A DNA stretch of 20,000 nt from an uncultured virus (IMG/VR IMGVR_UViG_3300006789_000016) (lineage: Duplodnaviria; Heunggongvirae; Uroviricota; Caudoviricetes): the IMG/VR virus record IMGVR_UViG_3300006789_000016, positions 54,562 to 74,561 of that record. One strand, given 5' to 3'. Numbering within the stretch: the stretch's first letter is position 1; each line of letters begins with the position of its first letter. The position numbers and the translations under genes are program-made. The notes beneath the pieces were generated by a model. It saw only the letters and a program-made list of their open reading frames with translations. It was not told the origin of the DNA and searched no databases. Positions 18,022-20,000 of the stretch are shown piece by piece.

Positions 18022-19565
18022 TAGACCTCCAAGGGCTCTGGACGAGCCGTTTCCAATACATTAATTTCAGCCAGTATGAGATATTCTGGATACTTATCTT
18101 CAAAAGACGCACCATAGATTCCCTCTGCTGCATAGTTCAGTCCGATAACAGAATTGGTGTTTATTGAACCATCGCTATTGAGTGGCGAAAGATTAGGGAC
18201 AAATGTTCCTCCAGTCTGGGATATATAAATAATTTTATTATCTCTGACGAATAAATGATAGAGAGAAGCTTCGTCTGTACCCTTTACATCTGGAACTATA
18301 TAGAGAACTGTCATCTTGTTTAGAATATCTGGATATTGAATTGGATTAAAATTCACAACAGTGTAAGTGTACTCTCTCTCTTCATAATAATAAGCAGCCC
18401 GCAAGTCATGCCTGTCTTCAATTGTTACACCATCTAAAACAACAAAGCTTTCTTGCGAGTCCCAAGAAGAGATAGCGGTAGAGTTATATTCAATATCAGT
18501 TGCCCCATACTTTGTGCCTTCTAGAGTAGTGTCTGTTGTTAAAACATATTCAACCACACCTGTCGTCTTGTCTTGAATAATGATAGAGAAATGAATATTT
18601 TCGTCTGTATCAATTCTAAGCATTTCTCTTTGTAATTTCAAAACATTATTCGATACTTTCAGTGCCTGTTCGTATCCAACTTGTTTCAATGGGCCGTAAG
18701 GAGTAAAAATTTGTAAGTCAAACTCTTCTGGATAATAAGTATAGTTAACTCCATCCAGTGCTCTTGTAAACTGTCCTACAGTTACACCAAATTGCCACGG
18801 GTCTTCAGCTTGAGTTAAGACTGGTGGTGTAGGATTGATTCGTGTCTGGGGAGAATCTTTTATATAATAAATCCCATAAACTGGAAGGGTGTAATGAAAA
18901 CGCCCATTCCTCTCATCCTTTGTATAGGCCGTTACTCCTTCTTTTACTGTGGCAGTATCAAAATCAATGTCATCGAAAGTTGCTTCTGTGTAAATTTGTT
19001 TAGGATTCCAAACCTCGCTAACAACATTTCCTGATGAATCTATTGACTGAATGTAATAAAGACGATATCTTCCAGTAAGCTCATCAAACCAGTTCTCAAA
19101 GTTTGCATAAATCTCAGAAACAGACGAACTTGTTTTGTACAAACCAGTACTAACATCGGTACTTCCATTATGTGTTACTTGACGAATGGAAACAGTGGAA
19201 GTGTTTTCTGGGAGAGAATGCTTCTTGAAAAGAGGAGTAACGTTTCCGGCACTGTCCGTGATGACTTGATCTGTTATTAGAAGATTATCCAGATCGCTAC
19301 TAACAGTTTTTGTAGTAGTCGCCGTCACTTCTGCAAAATACGTAGGTCTTGTAGAGTTCTCTTTTACATCTGCTGATCTATTAACATAGCTAATATCTTT
19401 CTCTGCATGTATTTCAGGTAGACCAACATAAGAGAGAGGGATGTCTTCATCGGGTACAGATTGACTGTACTTGATATACTCAATCCTTTTTTGTACTAAC
19501 TGTCGCGTAGAAAGAATCTTTTCACCTGCAACATTTGTAATAGAAAGCTTATGAATTAAAGCCAT
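18021..19565 (-). CDS. Hypothetical acidic, T/Y-rich beta protein, probably structural
   Basis: 514-aa ORF, TAATG-coupled at both ends, composition like its neighbours; no recognisable catalytic motif. Confidence 0.55.
   Translation of the reverse strand: MALIHKLSITNVAGEKILSTRQLVQKRIEYIKYSQSVPDEDIPLSYVGLPEIHAEKDISYVNRSADVKENSTRPTYFAEVTATTTKTVSSDLDNLLITDQVITDSAGNVTPLFKKHSLPENTSTVSIRQVTHNGSTDVSTGLYKTSSSVSEIYANFENWFDELTGRYRLYYIQSIDSSGNVVSEVWNPKQIYTEATFDDIDFDTATVKEGVTAYTKDERNGRFHYTLPVYGIYYIKDSPQTRINPTPPVLTQAEDPWQFGVTVGQFTRALDGVNYTYYPEEFDLQIFTPYGPLKQVGYEQALKVSNNVLKLQREMLRIDTDENIHFSIIIQDKTTGVVEYVLTTDTTLEGTKYGATDIEYNSTAISSWDSQESFVVLDGVTIEDRHDLRAAYYYEEREYTYTVVNFNPIQYPDILNKMTVLYIVPDVKGTDEASLYHLFVRDNKIIYISQTGGTFVPNLSPLNSDGSINTNSVIGLNYAAEGIYGASFEDKYPEYLILAEINVLETARPEPLEV
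18025..18030 (-). promoter_or_regulatory. Shine-Dalgarno GGAGGT at a TAATG junction
   Basis: Minus strand reads TTGGAGGTCTAATG; short (3 nt) spacing to the ATG at 18021. Confidence 0.55.
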
Positions 19566-20000
19566 TAGTCTGAATAAGTTACAAAAATTCTATAGTTTAA
19601 AGAAGCATTGTTCATAAAATGACTTGTTGTAAAATAAAAAGCAAACTGATTACTTGAAGTGTCCCAAGAAACACTATATCCACCATTAATCGTAGCGTTA
19701 TCATCCCCAGGAGCTAGCCACTCTGTCCCTCCCTGTAACTTAACAAGTGCCTGAACACCATAGATATTTTTGCCACTGAGTCCTGGAGTTGACACAGTAA
19801 AGGAGTCGTCGGCTGGGCCTGTTGTTACACTTCCGCTCTCTAAAGAGCATTGCCACAAAGTACTACTAGAAGACCCATCATTCCTAATTCCATCTAATGC
19901 AGTAAGTCCTTCGTCAACCCGAAAGGTTTTTTCAACCCTAACGCCCTTGGTTTTAAAAGTAACAACATCAAGCGCTTGCGCATAATGGACATAAGCTTGA
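19565..20000 (-). CDS. C-terminal part of a larger protein, possibly a fibre tip domain; truncated at window edge
   Basis: The frame of the 97-aa track ORF stays open upstream to the window end (QAYVHYAQALDVVTFKTKGVRVEKTFRVDEGLTALDGIRNDGSSSSTLWQCSL...), so the TTG at 19858 is probably not the true start. It ends in a small beta domain (YSVSWD...YRIFVTYSD). Confidence 0.7.
   Translation of the reverse strand, partial: QAYVHYAQALDVVTFKTKGVRVEKTFRVDEGLTALDGIRNDGSSSSTLWQCSLESGSVTTGPADDSFTVSTPGLSGKNIYGVQALVKLQGGTEWLAPGDDNATINGGYSVSWDTSSNQFAFYFTTSHFMNNASLNYRIFVTYSD

Larger units (their letters stand above)
1..20000 (-). mobile_element. Late-operon-like region of a probable large tailed virus/prophage or phage-derived particle: structural module plus glycosylation module
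   Basis: 17 co-directional genes with overlapping or abutting start/stop codons, no housekeeping genes, and large S/T/D/E-rich proteins with baseplate/fibre-like motifs and no signal peptides. No hallmark capsid or terminase gene is in the window, so viral identity is inferred. Confidence 0.7.

Noticed and set aside
18021..19565. Several N-x-S/T sequons in the structural proteins
   Set aside because: Expected by chance given the high N/S/T content; no oligosaccharyltransferase or signal peptides are seen.
19565..19858. 97-aa ORF treated as a complete gene starting at TTG
   Set aside because: The frame is open to the window edge, so this is most likely the 3' end of a longer gene.
44..19985. 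Short plus-strand ORFs in the track (44..340, 1119..1301, 5217..5438, 13551..13838, 16819..17088, 19770..19985 and others)
   Set aside because: All lie antisense to well-supported minus-strand genes and have no recognisable motifs; they are shadow ORFs.
1..20000. CRISPR arrays, tRNA/rRNA, IS elements, terminators, DGR-type repeats
   Set aside because: The window is almost entirely coding; I saw no nucleotide-level repeats, intergenic hairpins, transposase or reverse transcriptase. Diverged repeats could be missed by eye.

Overview
The window is one run of 17 minus-strand genes with only 34 intergenic bases in total; the first and last genes are truncated by the window edges. The right part (8003-20000) encodes large acidic, Ser/Thr-rich, beta-rich proteins with no obvious signal peptides. 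They carry FN3, Ig-like, discoidin-like, baseplate-wedge-like (FGDG) and fibre-like (NPHG) motifs, and three of them are clear tandem paralogs. This is best read as the baseplate/fibre module of a large tailed virus or phage-derived particle, although no capsid, terminase, sheath or tape-measure gene is in view. A glycan module follows 21 nt downstream (1-7981): five glycosyltransferase genes (GT9 fused to a degenerate GT4-like domain, GT4, GT2, GT4-like, CgeB-like), an Ig-like protein, a Gfo/Idh/MocA NDP-sugar dehydrogenase and two hexapeptide acetyltransferases, with no membrane transport or polymerase genes. The main hypothesis is a virus-encoded system that makes a rare acetamido sugar and glycosylates its own particle. 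All family calls come from motif reading by eye; no database searches were run.
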